In this document: positions 61,595 through 64,000 of the stretch, one piece after another
How the letters are laid out: the number at the start of each line of letters is the position of its first letter
How positions within the stretch are numbered: position 1 is the first letter of the stretch
Assembly: GCA_047495785.1 (NCBI GenBank)
Contig: JBLDXI010000021.1
Coordinates: 372,001-436,000, forward strand
DNA length: 64,000 bases
DNA from: Lepidodermella squamata
Lineage: Eukaryota > Animalia > Gastrotricha
Direction: 5' to 3'
The notes under the pieces: generated by a model
The model's database searches: none
Told to the model about the DNA's origin: nothing
The model's input: only the letters and a program-made list of their open reading frames with translations
Made by a program: the position numbers and the translations under genes

Positions 61595-62953
61595 TAATTT
61601 TCGGTTTTTCCATCGCTTTTTGAGAAGTGCGCGACAACTTGACTCTGCGGGACAAAGGGGCAGTGTGCGTGTTCCTGCGCCATAAATGGTCTTAGCTGTG
61701 GGACGAGGTGTGGAATAAACTGCGGGATGTGTGGAACGTAGTGCGGGATCAATCCCACACAAAGCATCCTCACACTTGATGCGGGATGCAACGTTTAGCC
61801 GGCGTTGTGAAACACGCGCTCGCTCTCACCGAACTTGGTGCTGCTCTGTCCTGTATGCAGTCACCCTCCACCTTCAAACAGCTGTTTAGGTGCTAATAAT
61901 CGTGCCCTTATTGACCTGATTGAAGGTTGGCCACCTTATTGAAATGGAGCCAACCTTATTGCAAATGTCTCAGCCTCGACCCAATCTCTGCTTATCTTTC
62001 CCCTCGAAGACAATTATAAAATGTATATTACAGGTCTCAACTTCACATCGACAGTTATCAGTCTCGGTAGCTCTTTCATTTGACAGCTGTTTGGTGTCAG
62101 CGCCGATCTCCACCCAGCCCAGGACCCAGGGTGCAAGATGGAACATCTGGTAACTGGTACCTGGAAACATCGAAAACGCACGCAATTTAATTGCGCGCAA
62201 TTTTACCATGAAAAATTGCATAAACCTATTTTTTATTGTATTATCATTGAATTAATGAAAAATTTATATGACCTTGACTGCTATTTTATGGCGCGAAAGC
62301 TGGATTTTTTCGTAGCGAAGCCGGACGCATCGATCACGTGGAAGACGCTGAGTTAAGTGAGTCGCTTGGTGTGTTACCTGTTACCTGTTACCCTTTCATT
62401 GGGAGTAGTAGGGGCTCGGTTCTATCAAAATTCAAGCCTGTCCTGAGTTTTGGCCTCTCAGTTTTACAGCAGATCACCTTTTCTATTTTCTAGGCGCTCA
62501 GTTTCCCGATGATGATTGCTTTCGACAAAAATGACTCACATAAGAATTGCGTCAACCTTATCCTCGCGCACATGTCCGCTGGAGGGCCAACAAGTTTGAC
62601 GGCAGGCTTTGGGTCTTAGGTCAATATGAGTTTTCTCTCTTATTGTCGCTGGCCTTAAACTGTGGAATGTGAATTATATTTTAGCATTTGAAGACTAGAT
62701 TGCTGTCCTAAATATCCAGGCCAAAGACATGATGCCTGGTGCCTGTTGAATCTTGTTTATAGCTTTTATTTATTTTCAACACATGTCTTTCCCGTGATTA
62801 TCAGCACCTTTGGGTATTAAGGAACATATTTGATCAGCAATTGTGTGATATGGCATTGCCGTAACTCACTCATCTAATGGAGTAGTCGTGTTTATATCGT
62901 TTACTCTTTTTGTAGAATATTTGTTGAATTAAGATCGCTAGCCGACTGAGGAA

Positions 62954-64000
62954 ATGTCTGAGCGGAAAGTCCTTAACGTAAGTTATAGCCTTTCATAAAC
63001 GTCACGTCAGTAATGTTGCGTATTCTGTTATTCAGAAATACTACCCGGCTGATTATGATCCATCCAAAATACCTAGGATCAAGGGTGAACGATCGAAGCA
63101 ATTCTGTATTCGTGTCATGGCGCCCTTCAATATGAGGTACGAAATTATTATTAGATTCAAAGCTTCATATTCACTTTCTCTTACTGCTGTTTTAGATGCG
63201 AGTCATGCGGGGAATATATTTATAAAGGAAAGAAGTTCAACTCACGCATGGAGAACGTTGAAGGGGAATCATATTTGGGCATACCTATCCGTCGTTTTTA
63301 CATCAAATGTACCAGGTGTGTCTCGGAAATAACGTTTCGCACCGACCCCGAGAATGTCGACTATGCTCCCGAGCATGGTGCGACACGGCTCTTTGAAGCC
63401 CTTAGAACTGCCGAAAAACTTGCCGCCGCTGAGGAGGATAGGAAACGCGAGGAGGAAGCTGATAATCCGATGAAACAACTGGAAAAGCGTACCACTGCAA
63501 GTCAGCGTGAAATTGAAATGCTGGAAACTCTGGAGGAACTGAAAGAGCTGAACGCTCGCCACGCATCTCTAGATCATGAGCAACTGCTTGACGCAAATGT
63601 GAAGGATACGGCCGAAAGAATAGATGCCAAGTTATTAGCTGCCATCGAAGAAGAAGAGGATGAACGAATAGTACAAGAGGCATTCGGCAAGAAAGGGAAA
63701 CGTGCACATGACAGCAGTGAAAGTGAAGACGATGAAAAGGAGGACCCAGAGAAAATGAAGGAACGAGAAGCTGCGATCGCGGCCTGGAAAAAAGCGAAAC
63801 CGTCATCCTCGTCTTCGTCATCAACAGCAACTGCTGACTTTGCTGTGCCAGCAAAACCTTCAACAATAGCTCAAAAAGCTGCTTTAGTAGTTCGCCCTAA
63901 AGCACCTCTAGTTAACAAACTTGGTGTCAAACCACCAACCTCTACTGCGAGTACCGCACCGAAGCCTGCAAATACCGAGCCCATTCGTGGCTTGGCCTTG
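62954..64000 (+). CDS. YJU2: Splicing factor YJU2/CCDC94, 5' part (runs off the window)
   Basis: Exons 62954-62977, 63036-63136 and 63196 to the edge: MSERKVLN|KYYPADYDPSKIP...MAPFNMR|CESCGEYIYKGKKFN...FYIKCTRC...FRTDPENVDY..EHGATR. Confidence 0.96.

Noticed and set aside
1-64000. Genome-wide reassignment of UGA to a sense codon
   Set aside because: TGA ends several genes (7706, 8045, 15384, 20413, 27220, 29016), including a position where the paralog has TAA. I saw no in-frame TGA in the long conserved exons of SMARCB1, SART3, YJU2 or the GCNT genes.

Overview
This is a eukaryotic (animal-like) window from a compact genome with short (about 50-60 nt) AT-rich GT-AG introns. It uses the standard code: TGA ends several genes, for example the GCNT paralog at 29016, where its sister gene ends in TAA. 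Left to right it contains a TPR-like ORF cut by the window edge, two frameshifted ankyrin genes, a frameshifted ABHD14-like hydrolase, three small secreted Cys-rich proteins, three tandem intronless SLC46-like MFS transporters, and a cluster of lineage-specific L-type-lectin-like/Ig/TM genes. An eRF1 gene sits inside that cluster. Further right are two tandem core-2/I-branching GlcNAc transferases, a repeat-rich spacer with nested MITEs, SMARCB1/SNF5, a divergent 7TM receptor, SART3, an LRR-TM protein and the 5' part of YJU2. The standout is the 7-exon eRF1 gene (18465-20224). It is intact except for one in-frame TGA at codon 370 (19787-19789), which has a leaky UGA-C context, a 12-bp hairpin 13 nt downstream and two further introns after it. 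The protein also carries the S70A substitution linked to poor UGA recognition. Together these suggest a release factor whose own synthesis depends on stop-codon readthrough (a feedback circuit). Several single-base frameshifts elsewhere show the assembly may contain errors, so the TGA must be confirmed in raw reads. All homology calls come from motif recognition by eye, not from database searches.
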